DNA from: Escherichia phage EC100
Direction: 5' to 3' (one strand)
Length of the DNA: 64,000 bases
Sequence record: NC_105587.1
Position 1 is the first letter of the stretch. Every line of letters starts with the position of its first letter. Positions 54,387-64,000 of this stretch are shown here, in pieces. The notes beneath the pieces were generated by a model. The model did no database searches. It had not been told where the DNA came from and saw nothing but the letters and a program-made list of their open reading frames with translations. The position numbers and the translations under genes were made by a program.

Positions 54387-57235
54387 TAAATGGATGCCCA
54401 CTCCACAGACTGTTCTCCATCATCCCCTTCAGCTCTAATACGAAAATACAATTTTCTATTTATACCTAGAGCACCGCTGTTCTGGAGAGCAAAATCTGCC
54501 TTATTATACGTTAATAAATAGTCATAAGTATACTGATTTTCAATACGTACACTTCTTAACATCCTATTTTGTGAATCGTGTATTTCAAGGGTATAAAATA
54601 TACTCTCTATTATATCTTCTTCAGGTATTCTATCCCAGGCTAGTTTCACATCTGGGCCAACAAACTCAGTTACATCTCCAGAAGCAGTATTAGTTACCCT
54701 AAAATTAGATACTACACTAAGATTTTTAGCGGAGTTAAGTTCTATGGACAGAGTCACCGGAGAACTTCTTCTACCATTAATATCTACTGCCCTTATTTCA
54801 AATATTGCTAAACCTGCAGGCTCTCCAATTACCTCTTGGATCATGCGTTCATTGGGATTTGTTTCTAGTTGCTGCACAATATAAGGTTCAGCATGACCGG
54901 AATGCACAATAGAGTAGTAAACTACATTATTGGTTAGACTCGGAAACCAGGATAACTCACCATTTTTACCTATAGAGCCTACTAAACCGCCAGGAGTAGG
55001 AGTATATTTAAAGTCTCTAGGAGGAAGGACATTGTTACTAATATCAGGAATATCATTACTGCTATTATCAACCTGCTCAGAGTTGATGAATACATCCTCT
55101 CCATACTCCTGTAAGGTAACATTTATCTTTCCTTCTCTAGAGTTTTCCACTTCGTCTACTAGGAAGTACTTTTTATCCCATCCGTAACGATCGTAAGTAA
55201 AGGCGATAGCATCATTGGGTTCAATCCCTATGAACTGGTATGGTAATGAGAAAGAAAGTGTTCTTGAGTATCTGGATTTCTTAAGTTCTCTGTCTGCAAA
55301 ACTTCTAGCAGTATAGTAGTTAGTTATATTTGCAAAAGATAATTGTAATTTTTTATCTAAATTTTTATCTTGCTCTTTATATTTAGAATTATAGAATGTG
55401 ATGGCATTCGTTTTCCAGCTTAATGCAGGATCTACAATAGATGCCTGCACTGAGTTGAATTTATTTCTACCAGTAGTATCTGATAGCTCCAAATCACCGT
55501 AAGTATCTAGAAAATTAATCTCTAATGGAGTATTAGAGTATTTTTCTACAGTAACTCTATACTGGCCAGATAAGTTGTTAATAGCCCCGCCATAGGACTC
55601 TAACAAACCTTGCACATTTTTAAATACTGATTCAGATGTATCTAGAATAGTATTCATTTGTACTATTTGTCTATTTTCTGCTACTGGGTCAGTCCACCCA
55701 ACGTATCTCCAGTATGGCTGCCAAGATACTTGGTATGATTCATCTATAATATCTAGGATAGCAGCTTCTTGTATTAATTGCTGAAGAGGGAACTGATCAA
55801 TAGTAATGTTTGCGCCATACCTATCTGAAGTTAAGTAGTCAAGCGTTTGCCAGATACCATTTAAACTAGTACTATTAGCCGTTACTCTACCATCAGAATG
55901 ATAGATTTTTATCTTCTTACCCTGAATTTCAGCACTAACTTCTGGAATCTCAGTTCTATTTTCATTAATAGTAAAGCGCACTACCGCATATGCAGTATCC
56001 AATAGCTTATACCTAGCATCCCAGTATTCAGGTCCATTGCCATTCATATTTTGAAGATAGAACCCTCGTTCTTTCGCTATGTTTACTAATACTTCAGAAG
56101 CCGTTTGATTAGATTTCCCATGATAAGTCCAAATTCTTATATCACCATTACCATCGTTGTATTTATACTCCTGTCCATGTACGGAAGGGCTACTAGAAGA
56201 TGTTCCTGATGCTATTCTCTGCATGGTATCTCCGGCTACTTTTTTAACACCGAAACAGGTTCTAGCAGAGCTATCATTAGAGTCCATACAAATCATAGGA
56301 TTATCACCAAAGGAAAAATCAAGAAAACCGTCTATCTCTCCCTCAGCAAAAGCATATACTACGTAAACTATATTAGGATTGTGTAGTTCTGTATCCGCAA
56401 AAACAGGTATTCCAGGTATTTTCTGTACACCATAAACTACTGGTATATACTTAGCAGCAAGGTTAAAATCTATATCTACTTCTTTAGTAACAGTCTCATA
56501 GTATTTTTTAAGACTATAGCTTCTAGATAAACCAAATAGTTTTTTCTTAGACTTTAGTTTATATCTTTCTTCCTGTACCTGATACTTTGCTAGAATAGAG
56601 ATACTTTTATTGGCATGAAAGAATCCATAGTCTTCTTGATATTCAGGTCTTTTAGCACCGTTAGATGGAACTAATTGTCCTGCTACAACTTCAAGTCCTC
56701 TATGAGAAGCATCATCAGTATATCTACCATTAACTCTATCGAAGTCATAGAACTGATTAGAACAATTCCAAGTAATTGTAGAGGTTCCAACTCCAGAAGT
56801 ACTAACGTTGTCCTTAATACCTCCCCCAGTAATTCTCCCCCTAAAATATAGTAGAGGACCATTTGTATCTGGGTCTACAGGTAAAATGGAGCCATCCTCC
56901 ATAATAATTGCTTGGTGAATTGATACTATTCTATCTAAAAAGGACACACCATTCTGCACTAATTTCAGTACTTCATCCTGCGCTGTACCCGTAATAGTAA
57001 AAGATAGACTGCCAATAGATAAATCTCTATTTTGTTTATGTGTGCTAATGGACTTAACCTTACCGGCCTGGTACAAAATACCATTATATAGTACATCTCT
57101 AAAATAATCAGTTAAATAAATAAAAGCAGTACTAGTACCAGTAGAGCCAGGTAATTCTAGGGAAATTAGACTAGCAGTTTTTATTCTGCTATTATTTTTT
57201 AAGTAGTTTCTAGCACTATCTAGTATTTTCTTCAT
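54386..57235 (-). CDS. baseplate hub / tail tip protein (T5 pb3-like)
   Basis: 949 aa, same length as I recall for T5 pb3; follows the Dit-like gene. Confidence 0.65.
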   Translation of the reverse strand: MKKILDSARNYLKNNSRIKTASLISLELPGSTGTSTAFIYLTDYFRDVLYNGILYQAGKVKSISTHKQNRDLSIGSLSFTITGTAQDEVLKLVQNGVSFLDRIVSIHQAIIMEDGSILPVDPDTNGPLLYFRGRITGGGIKDNVSTSGVGTSTITWNCSNQFYDFDRVNGRYTDDASHRGLEVVAGQLVPSNGAKRPEYQEDYGFFHANKSISILAKYQVQEERYKLKSKKKLFGLSRSYSLKKYYETVTKEVDIDFNLAAKYIPVVYGVQKIPGIPVFADTELHNPNIVYVVYAFAEGEIDGFLDFSFGDNPMICMDSNDSSARTCFGVKKVAGDTMQRIASGTSSSSPSVHGQEYKYNDGNGDIRIWTYHGKSNQTASEVLVNIAKERGFYLQNMNGNGPEYWDARYKLLDTAYAVVRFTINENRTEIPEVSAEIQGKKIKIYHSDGRVTANSTSLNGIWQTLDYLTSDRYGANITIDQFPLQQLIQEAAILDIIDESYQVSWQPYWRYVGWTDPVAENRQIVQMNTILDTSESVFKNVQGLLESYGGAINNLSGQYRVTVEKYSNTPLEINFLDTYGDLELSDTTGRNKFNSVQASIVDPALSWKTNAITFYNSKYKEQDKNLDKKLQLSFANITNYYTARSFADRELKKSRYSRTLSFSLPYQFIGIEPNDAIAFTYDRYGWDKKYFLVDEVENSREGKINVTLQEYGEDVFINSEQVDNSSNDIPDISNNVLPPRDFKYTPTPGGLVGSIGKNGELSWFPSLTNNVVYYSIVHSGHAEPYIVQQLETNPNERMIQEVIGEPAGLAIFEIRAVDINGRRSSPVTLSIELNSAKNLSVVSNFRVTNTASGDVTEFVGPDVKLAWDRIPEEDIIESIFYTLEIHDSQNRMLRSVRIENQYTYDYLLTYNKADFALQNSGALGINRKLYFRIRAEGDDGEQSVEWASI

Positions 57236-57846
57236 AAACTTTCCCGTAAATTTAATGAGATGCCGGAATATGTTCCGTTATTATTTAATGTAGATCCGAA
57301 AGCATCACCATTCATGAGTTTTGTTCTAAATAGTATTCCGTTAAACACTGGTTTCTCAGCCCCAGTAGTAGTTATAAATAAATCAGGGTATAAGTTTATA
57401 GACCACGTATTGCCTGATTTATTGAATGATGTTATTTTATATACTTTTGGATGGTTAGATAGCTTAAATAGATCCCCCGGTTTTGGAGTACCGATAAGAA
57501 GTCCTTTTGTATCCATAGTTATATTAGAACCCTTCTGTCCAGCAGGTATACTTACTAGACTAGTATTACCTCTAACTCTAAAAGCTTCGTATTGTGGTAA
57601 TATAACATCTATATAACCACCAGTCCTTTTGTATTCTAGAATAAAAGCATCTAGAACACTATATTCATCTGGAAATAATTCTGGGTAAGAAATATTTATA
57701 CCCCAGTATTGAGCGGATACCTTAACTTCGTTAACTTTACCATTTGGTAACTCATCACGAATTACTGGGTCATTATCAATCAGGTTAACACTTTCGAATC
57801 CTAAGCCTGAAAGTTCCGGATTCGTGTATGGGTCTGGTAATCTCAT
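57232..57846 (-). CDS. distal tail protein (Dit; T5 pb9-like)
   Basis: 204 aa immediately downstream of the tape measure gene; promoter-like element upstream. Confidence 0.65.
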   Translation of the reverse strand: MRLPDPYTNPELSGLGFESVNLIDNDPVIRDELPNGKVNEVKVSAQYWGINISYPELFPDEYSVLDAFILEYKRTGGYIDVILPQYEAFRVRGNTSLVSIPAGQKGSNITMDTKGLLIGTPKPGDLFKLSNHPKVYKITSFNKSGNTWSINLYPDLFITTTGAEKPVFNGILFRTKLMNGDAFGSTLNNNGTYSGISLNLRESL

Positions 57847-57866
57847 AGTTAATTTCTCCTCTTTAA

Positions 57867-57895
57867 TAACAATATTATAATAGTATTAGAAAATT
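57867..57895 (-). promoter_or_regulatory. sigma70-like promoter (TTGATA, 17 bp, TATAAT) upstream of the Dit-like gene
   Basis: Minus-strand CTTGATAAAATTTTCTAATACTATTATAAT between the tape measure terminator and the Dit ribosome-binding site (GAGGAG); coordinates approximate. Confidence 0.4.
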
Positions 57896-57929
57896 TTATC
57901 AAGAAATTTTTATTTTTCCATAAAGAAAA

Positions 57930-57959
57930 GGAGGACTCAAAGTCCTCCTCCAGTTTTAA
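57930..57959 (-). terminator. hairpin terminator after the tape measure gene
   Basis: AGGAGGAC-TCAAA-GTCCTCCT hairpin with TTTCTTT on the minus strand; overlaps the tape measure stop codon. Confidence 0.6.
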
Positions 57960-60900
57960 GAATTTCCTAATGTTTTCAGACTAGCACCGTTCTCATTCAG
58001 AGCTAATTCTACTGCGTCTCTTAGAGCACTACTATTACTAGAAGCAAACTCTCTAAAACTTGCAGCATCCATAGCACTAATATTCAAGATGATAGGTCTT
58101 CCTGAAGTTGAGTTAGATGAGGTTTTTAACTCATCATTAGGTGTAGCTTTCATAGGAACCATAGGGGTAACTACTTCTGTACCATGCTCACCCATTTGAT
58201 AGCTAACCCCAGGGTACATATTACCACCCTCAGCACGAGGAACGAAAGAGTTAGCACCGCCTATGCCTTTATCGCCACGAATATAAGATAATTCACCAGC
58301 ATTAGCAGACATGGACACATCTATATTCTTCTGACGTTCTCCTAAGGTTAAATAACTAGTTGTATCCGCCCCAGAATCTGCAATAGAAGACATGCCAGAT
58401 GCAGAAGATGCTTGTGCTAACGCCAATGCACCCGCTAAACCTGCCGCAACCATTAAAGGAATAGAGAACGGGTATGGTACAGCTGTTGCCGCTTGCATTA
58501 CAGCTACTGCAGTTTGGATGATAATCTGCTTCTTAGCTGCGTCTTGTTGAATCTTCAGCTTTTCAGCTTCCAACTTCTTCAACTTAGCTTTAGATGCTTC
58601 TGATTTACCATCACGTTTCTGTTCTGCTGCAATAGCCTGATCAATTGCACTAACTTGTTGGCTAGTACTATATTGAATCATCGAGGCTACAGTCTGCATA
58701 CCAGAAGCAATCATAGACGTAGTATCTAGGGATCCCTGGGAGAACTGAATCATAGAGTTAGTTAAATTACCCATGCTTTGAGCTACAGCAGTTGCTTCGG
58801 AATTTAACTCAGATAGTTTAGAAATTGCTTGGTCATACGAAGACATCCTATTCTGCATATCAGCAAAATCTTTATCTGCTCCAGATAGGCCAGTTGTAGG
58901 AGTATAAGTAGCTCCAACAGAAGAACCTACCTGTTGCTGCATCTGAGCATTACGTTGTGCTGTTAAAGCTGACATCTGAGCCCTTGTCTTAGCTATTTCA
59001 GCATTCCAACGCATTTGCTCATTAGCGTTACCTTTGGTAAGTTCTTTCATCTGAGTATAAAAATCTAACTGCATTTCCATTTTTTGCATTTCCCCTGCCA
59101 GAGGGAACATGGAAGTTAGAGTATTTTCAAAGGCTTCTTGCCTTTTACTGGTCATTTCAGCTTGCTGGTTCTGACGGAATTTCCATATTTCACGTTCAAT
59201 TTGGGCTTGAGAACGTCTAGACTGTTCAGCCTCTTTCTGTTTGTCCGCTTGTTTTGTATACCATTCGTACTTCTCTTTTTCAATGGTCAATTCAAGATTT
59301 AACTGTGCTAGACGATACTGAGTATCTGTCATAGTACGGTTATTTAAGAGAGCTATCTCACGATCTACACCAAGAATTTTATCTGTGTAATCCTTGACCT
59401 TCTTCTGAGCTTCCATACCCTGATTGGTAAGTTTAAGTTTCTCCAGCTGAATTTTTTCAATTTCTTTCTCAACAGCTTTATTTCCCTGGTTTGTTTGAAG
59501 AACACGGCGTAAAGCAGCTTCTTGCTCTTCTAACTGTTGGAGTTCTAAACGCCTACCGGCTTCCTGTGCTTTTTCTTTATCCTTAGTTTGGTTATATACA
59601 TCAGCTATCTTCTGTTGAACTGCTAACTGATTTTTAGTTTCATTACCGGTTAGTTTAACATACTCAGATAAGGCCTGAGACGCAGTTTTCATTTCAGACA
59701 GAGTGTTATAGCCTAGGTTAAGATTTTTAACGTACTCATCTGCACTTTTACCAGTACCTAGAGATAGAGATTCTATATTTTTTATAGCATCTGCTAAAGT
59801 AGCACTAGTTTTAGCAGCAGTATCTGTATTCTGAGCAACGTTCTGTATGTCATTAGCTAAGTCACTAGCCGTTTTCTTAGTCTGATTGTACGCTTTCTGC
59901 TGCTCAGTTAGTCCTTTTAATACAGTAGAGTTAAAATCGTATACAGCATCAGGATCAGTAGTATCTCTCTGTAGATTAATCTGTTTCTGAAACTCTGGAT
60001 TAGCTTTTGCAGCAGCAGCACCCGCAGCTTGATAGGCTGACTTCCAAGCATTAAGGTTTTCAGTAGAATCTTCTACTTCCTTACCTAGTCTGGTTACTTG
60101 TAGACCCATAGCCGCAGTTTCTTCTACGAACTTTTTATTAGCTTCGGAAGCACCAGCAGCAGCAAGACCAACAGGAATACCTTCACCAACTTGACGTATG
60201 GCTAGTTTTGTATAGAAATCTGCTTGTTCCATTCGTTTGTCGAACTCAGATTTTAGCTTATTACGCTTATCAAGAGATTCCTTATACATATCTAGAGCTT
60301 TATTATAGCCTTCTTCAGAAGCAGCCAAACTTAAAGCAACAGCACCAACGTTGGTAGGATCTATCTGTCTATTAGTTTTTTCTTGCGCTCTAGCTGCCTC
60401 AGCAGATATCGAAGCCTGAGAAGTGTAGAATACAGTATTGATAGCATCAATTACTGGCCCTAAATACTTAGCAGCAGCCTGCTGAATCTTTCTCAGGGCG
60501 GCATCTGCATTAGCAGCAAATTGCTCCCATGGAGTTGCACGTAGTACTTCATCTAGGTAGCCAAACCTCTTAGTAGATTCAGCAATTACCGCGTTAGCGT
60601 ATGCTTGTTGTTTCTGGAAAGTGGTAAGACTATTAACATTATATGTTATACCTGTGTTTGCAGCATTTAACTGTTTAACATAATCGGCGTATGCGTCATT
60701 AAGACGGATGGTGACACCAAGTTCATCCAGAAGTTCGATTTCTTGTTTAGATACGCCCTTAATTACACGGTTAAGTGCATCAGTCATATCAACACCAAGA
60801 ACAGCAGCAGCACGACGAGCTACTAAACCAAATTTATTAAGTTGTTCGGCATCAAATCCATAAGCAGATGCTGAAGATGCCTGTCTCATTGCTTCCTCAA

Positions 60901-61639
60901 AAGAAATAGCATATCCAGCAGCTTCTTGTAGTGATCTAGCAAGGGTCTGAACAGGAGTACCTGTCTGAGTACCTACTATAACACCAAATTTTTCTAGACG
61001 ATTTAGCTGGTCACCTAGTTTAAGTTGTTCGAACGCTGATTGCAAAACGAAGATGTTGGAAGCAAGAGCTGCGTACATAATAGGTAAACTACCACCTATC
61101 TTAGCCATTGCTGCAAAATCACGAGTTGCACCACGTGCTGAACCAGAAGTATTACCAATAGCTCTAGAAGCTCTACCAGCGGCACCAGCAGTGTCATTAA
61201 AACCCCTAGCTGTGCCACCTAATGCTCTATTAGTATCATATAACCTATCTTGAACTTTCTCTGTTGCAGCTGCAACATCATTGCCCATTGTTTTAACAGA
61301 TCTAGAAACCCCATCGAATCCAACTTCTAGCTTATCAGCTACCTCTATCATTGTAATAGCAAGGTCGTCCAGCTTAGTTCCTATATCATTAATAGATTTA
61401 GTAACACTAAGCATACCCCTACTAGCTTGCATTTTAGTAAGACTTTTTGCTGCTCTATCTGCTGCCCTCTCAATGGAGTATAGAGTTTTGGGCATTTTAC
61501 CTAACTGTTCATTCGTTAGCTCAGAAGCCGCAGCAGCATTCTCTAATGCATCAGATACGTTTTCAATAGACTTTGCAGTACGAGTTGCCCCCTTCTGTTT
61601 AACGTCTATTAGTAATTCTCGTATTAGCTTATCAGTCAT
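57956..61639 (-). CDS. tail tape measure protein (T5 pb2-like)
   Basis: 1227 aa, extended Ala/Gln/Glu-rich coiled coils, hydrophobic Gly-rich segment near the C-terminus. Confidence 0.85.
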   Translation of the reverse strand: MTDKLIRELLIDVKQKGATRTAKSIENVSDALENAAAASELTNEQLGKMPKTLYSIERAADRAAKSLTKMQASRGMLSVTKSINDIGTKLDDLAITMIEVADKLEVGFDGVSRSVKTMGNDVAAATEKVQDRLYDTNRALGGTARGFNDTAGAAGRASRAIGNTSGSARGATRDFAAMAKIGGSLPIMYAALASNIFVLQSAFEQLKLGDQLNRLEKFGVIVGTQTGTPVQTLARSLQEAAGYAISFEEAMRQASSASAYGFDAEQLNKFGLVARRAAAVLGVDMTDALNRVIKGVSKQEIELLDELGVTIRLNDAYADYVKQLNAANTGITYNVNSLTTFQKQQAYANAVIAESTKRFGYLDEVLRATPWEQFAANADAALRKIQQAAAKYLGPVIDAINTVFYTSQASISAEAARAQEKTNRQIDPTNVGAVALSLAASEEGYNKALDMYKESLDKRNKLKSEFDKRMEQADFYTKLAIRQVGEGIPVGLAAAGASEANKKFVEETAAMGLQVTRLGKEVEDSTENLNAWKSAYQAAGAAAAKANPEFQKQINLQRDTTDPDAVYDFNSTVLKGLTEQQKAYNQTKKTASDLANDIQNVAQNTDTAAKTSATLADAIKNIESLSLGTGKSADEYVKNLNLGYNTLSEMKTASQALSEYVKLTGNETKNQLAVQQKIADVYNQTKDKEKAQEAGRRLELQQLEEQEAALRRVLQTNQGNKAVEKEIEKIQLEKLKLTNQGMEAQKKVKDYTDKILGVDREIALLNNRTMTDTQYRLAQLNLELTIEKEKYEWYTKQADKQKEAEQSRRSQAQIEREIWKFRQNQQAEMTSKRQEAFENTLTSMFPLAGEMQKMEMQLDFYTQMKELTKGNANEQMRWNAEIAKTRAQMSALTAQRNAQMQQQVGSSVGATYTPTTGLSGADKDFADMQNRMSSYDQAISKLSELNSEATAVAQSMGNLTNSMIQFSQGSLDTTSMIASGMQTVASMIQYSTSQQVSAIDQAIAAEQKRDGKSEASKAKLKKLEAEKLKIQQDAAKKQIIIQTAVAVMQAATAVPYPFSIPLMVAAGLAGALALAQASSASGMSSIADSGADTTSYLTLGERQKNIDVSMSANAGELSYIRGDKGIGGANSFVPRAEGGNMYPGVSYQMGEHGTEVVTPMVPMKATPNDELKTSSNSTSGRPIILNISAMDAASFREFASSNSSALRDAVELALNENGASLKTLGNS

Positions 61640-61653
61640 ATTTTATTTTTCCC

Positions 61654-61687
61654 AATAAAAAAGGCTCTGGGCAAATCACCCAGAGCC
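61654..61687 (-). terminator. hairpin terminator/attenuator between tail chaperones and tape measure gene
   Basis: GGCTCTGGG-CAAATCA-CCCAGAGCC followed on the minus strand by TTTTTT, 15 nt before the tape measure ribosome-binding site. Confidence 0.55.
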
Positions 61688-61721
61688 AAGCCTCATCGTG
61701 GAACGCCCATTGGAGGAAACT

Positions 61722-62213
61722 TTACCGTGCTCGAGATTTGGCATGCGGCTTAACGTTAGGTATTCTACCGTTTTGCGGCTTATGCTTCTCAGCACGTTTA
61801 CGTGCAGCGTCTACAGCTTTAGCATCAAATATATTGATAATGTGTAGAACAAATTCTTTTTCTATAGGGTCGGTAATCCCATAAATATCAAATAAAACAC
61901 CTAAAGCAGCCTTGTCTTTACCTATAAAGATAGGGAAGTCACCAGGTATGAAACAGTCAACTAGACTATTATAAATATTCATACTAATAGCTACAATAGG
62001 TGGAAAGTCTTCAAGTTCAACAGGCATAGCCTTAGGATCAGGTTCTATACCCATTGACTCACAAAGTATTAAATATTGTTGTTTAGTCATTTTAGATGCT
62101 GAGCTTTTAATACACTTATCTGCAAAATCAGCAACAGCATCTAGTAGTTCTTTACGCTTTTGAGCTACGAAAAGTGTCGAGGTGGAACACTGTCTGGTTG
62201 ATCCAAGAATCAA
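61722..62213 (-). CDS. tail assembly chaperone, downstream frame (possible frameshift extension)
   Basis: Overlaps the upstream chaperone ORF by about 60 nt in the +1 frame; first internal ATG is only at codon 42. Confidence 0.4.
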   Translation of the reverse strand: MILGSTRQCSTSTLFVAQKRKELLDAVADFADKCIKSSASKMTKQQYLILCESMGIEPDPKAMPVELEDFPPIVAISMNIYNSLVDCFIPGDFPIFIGKDKAALGVLFDIYGITDPIEKEFVLHIINIFDAKAVDAARKRAEKHKPQNGRIPNVKPHAKSRAR

Positions 62214-62556
62214 ACGCAGCAGAGTTCTGCATAAGCATTACAGCATTATCACGACTAAATGGAACTTCAGTAGTAGGATCAGCATCTGTCTCAATCAGCA
62301 TCAGCTTTTCAACGTCACCTACAGTCAAACCAGTCCAACCTTTAATTGCAGCATCAACGAAAGCTTCAATAAACTTATCGTCATCCTGTACTTGAATTAG
62401 AGTACCATTAACCCACTCATCGCGTTTGGCGGAAGAGATAACACGCTTAGAGGTAGCACGAGACATATAGTTAAGCTCTAGCTTAAAGTTTGGCATACCT
62501 GGGTATGAAAGAGTAATAGTACGGGTATCAAGGGTAATATCTTTTAAATTAATCAT
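62152..62556 (-). CDS. tail assembly chaperone
   Basis: Start moved to ATG 62556 with GGAGA ribosome-binding site; sits between the p140-like and tape measure genes. Confidence 0.55.
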   Translation of the reverse strand: MINLKDITLDTRTITLSYPGMPNFKLELNYMSRATSKRVISSAKRDEWVNGTLIQVQDDDKFIEAFVDAAIKGWTGLTVGDVEKLMLIETDADPTTEVPFSRDNAVMLMQNSAAFDSWINQTVFHLDTFRSSKA

Positions 62557-63451
62557 TTTTAATTTCTCCAAAGAAATCTATTCTCACTGGGTCTGAAGAA
62601 GCAGTAGGTATAATATCCCACTCAACTTTATACACATCTGAGAAATCTAGGCGTTTTGTAATACGTGCTAAAGGAAAATCTATAGAAATACTATTATTTC
62701 TTATATTTAAAGGTACATCGGTCTCTGGTTCGATATTGTAAACCATATCTCCAGCAAAACGTTTTAAGTAATATAGAGAAATGGTTGCCGAAGCATTCAT
62801 TTCATTTACATAGGCTCTTTTATTATTATAGATTTTATTTATATCAAAAACACTCTTATCTTCTCTCCAAGAGCATTGCTGTTGAAAAGATAAAGAGGCG
62901 GAAATAAGGCCAGGTAAGATGCTACCGTTAGTAGAAACTATTACCGGGCTATAAGACATTGCTTCACCCTGTATAATAGAAGCTGCTTCTCTATATGTAG
63001 ATACTTCGGAGAATTTCCCTGACTCAATACCAACGTTAAGAATTGGTATATTCTTATCTAAAGAAAAATCTACTGTAGATACATAACAGTTTTCAAAATA
63101 TACACAGTTGTTATCTTTATTTACTATATAGATATTAAACATAATAGGTTCAATATTGTTACTATATAGTGGTAGTAAGAAAGTATTACCTTTTCTGTCA
63201 AAACCTAGCCATTCAAAAAAGTTAGCTTCAGTAAGTGTATTACTAAAATTTATTGCTAGAGAGATAGAAGAAGGAGTTTGAGCATTTATAATAGAGTCTG
63301 CATAGTTAGTTCTACGATGAATAGTCCTACGAAGGGTCTTAAATTCTTCGTAGGATGTTTGTACATCATAGTTTGATAGGGCATCAAAATGAAATGCCCT
63401 ACCATCATACTCAACTATAACTTTTGACTCTCGCATTAGAGAGTAGTACAT
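62549..63451 (-). CDS. minor tail protein (T5 p140-like)
   Basis: 300 aa directly downstream of the tail tube gene; call by synteny and size. Confidence 0.5.
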   Translation of the reverse strand: MYYSLMRESKVIVEYDGRAFHFDALSNYDVQTSYEEFKTLRRTIHRRTNYADSIINAQTPSSISLAINFSNTLTEANFFEWLGFDRKGNTFLLPLYSNNIEPIMFNIYIVNKDNNCVYFENCYVSTVDFSLDKNIPILNVGIESGKFSEVSTYREAASIIQGEAMSYSPVIVSTNGSILPGLISASLSFQQQCSWREDKSVFDINKIYNNKRAYVNEMNASATISLYYLKRFAGDMVYNIEPETDVPLNIRNNSISIDFPLARITKRLDFSDVYKVEWDIIPTASSDPVRIDFFGEIKND

Positions 63452-63455
63452 TTAT

Positions 63456-64000
63456 TTAACCACCAGCACTAACTGTGATAGTTTTAGTACCTTCTACACC
63501 AGAACCGTCTTTAGCTACAGCCTTCACAATAACTGCACCAGTTTTAGAAGCGTCAGCTGTTAATAGCCCAGATTCTGCATCAATCGTAGCTGCGTTACCA
63601 CTAGAAATAGACCAAGTTACAGCCTTATTAGTAGCTTCTGGAGGTGTTACCTCAACAGACATCTGTAAAGTATTACTATTTGTTACAGAAACAGCCTCAC
63701 CTGCAGATTTAACTATAATGGATTTAACGGGAACTGGAGGAGTTTTAGCACCATCTCCGGTAGCAATTAGATTCGCTATTGTAGTTTTGGTATACTTGTT
63801 AGAGAAGCCTAAGTATCCTTCGTCACCAGTATCCAAATCAGTAGGAATAGCTTTAAACTCTACTGAAGTACCAAGTACATCATCAGTCTCAATAGTAGGA
63901 ATGTTAACGTGCGCCTGTTTAGCAACTAACACAGCTGCCGGACGTTCATCATCGTATTCACCACCCAAAATAAGTGCAATTTCAAAACGGTTAACTACCT
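63456..64000 (-). CDS. tail tube protein (T5 pb6-like), C-terminal part only; 5' end lies beyond the window
   Basis: ORF runs open to the window edge; C-terminal Ig-like block (AVTWSISSGNAATIDAESGLLTADASKTGAVIVKAVAKDGSG). Confidence 0.6.
   Translation of the reverse strand, partial: VVNRFEIALILGGEYDDERPAAVLVAKQAHVNIPTIETDDVLGTSVEFKAIPTDLDTGDEGYLGFSNKYTKTTIANLIATGDGAKTPPVPVKSIIVKSAGEAVSVTNSNTLQMSVEVTPPEATNKAVTWSISSGNAATIDAESGLLTADASKTGAVIVKAVAKDGSGVEGTKTITVSAGG

Noticed and set aside
1-64000. Prophage or lysogeny features (integrase, repressor, att sites)
   Set aside because: None seen; gene content is that of a strictly lytic T5-like phage.

Overview
This window reads as a contiguous segment of a T5-like lytic coliphage (Tequintavirus-type), called from motifs read directly in the six-frame track and sequence; no searches were run. 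Layout: (1) 1-8.3 kb, a minus-strand tRNA island with at least nine convincing tRNAs, small ORFs, an HNH homing endonuclease and a Toprim-only protein; (2) 4.8-6.5 kb, an antisense plus-strand module of three low-complexity proteins (acidic/Gly-zipper/QN-rich, Q-rich, CC-rich) with its own promoter and terminator, which I rank as the best candidate for an undescribed system; (3) 6.6-20.7 kb, minus-strand early genes: SPFH protein, SleB-like hydrolase, CheY-like receiver domain, DEDDh exonuclease, NADAR, RNase H, ThyA, DHFR, NrdB, NrdA, PhoH; (4) 21-47.4 kb, plus-strand early/replication genes: NrdD, a zinc-less Sir2 with an HAD-like phosphatase and a tandem paralog pair, a helicase-like gene broken by an in-frame TGA, the PN25-type promoter unit, PC4-like protein, split NAD-dependent ligase, DnaB-like helicase, primase, family A DNA polymerase, SF2 helicase, SbcD/SbcC, flap endonuclease, dUTPase; (5) 47.5-64 kb, minus-strand tail module: two fibre genes, collar, pb4/pb3/pb9-like proteins, tape measure, chaperones, and a tail tube gene truncated at the window edge. 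Strong sigma70 promoters of the T5 early class (TTGCTT/TTGCTA, 17 bp, TATAAT, conserved ATAAATTTGAGAGG downstream box) and hairpin terminators recur throughout. No CRISPR array, integrase or lysogeny functions were seen.
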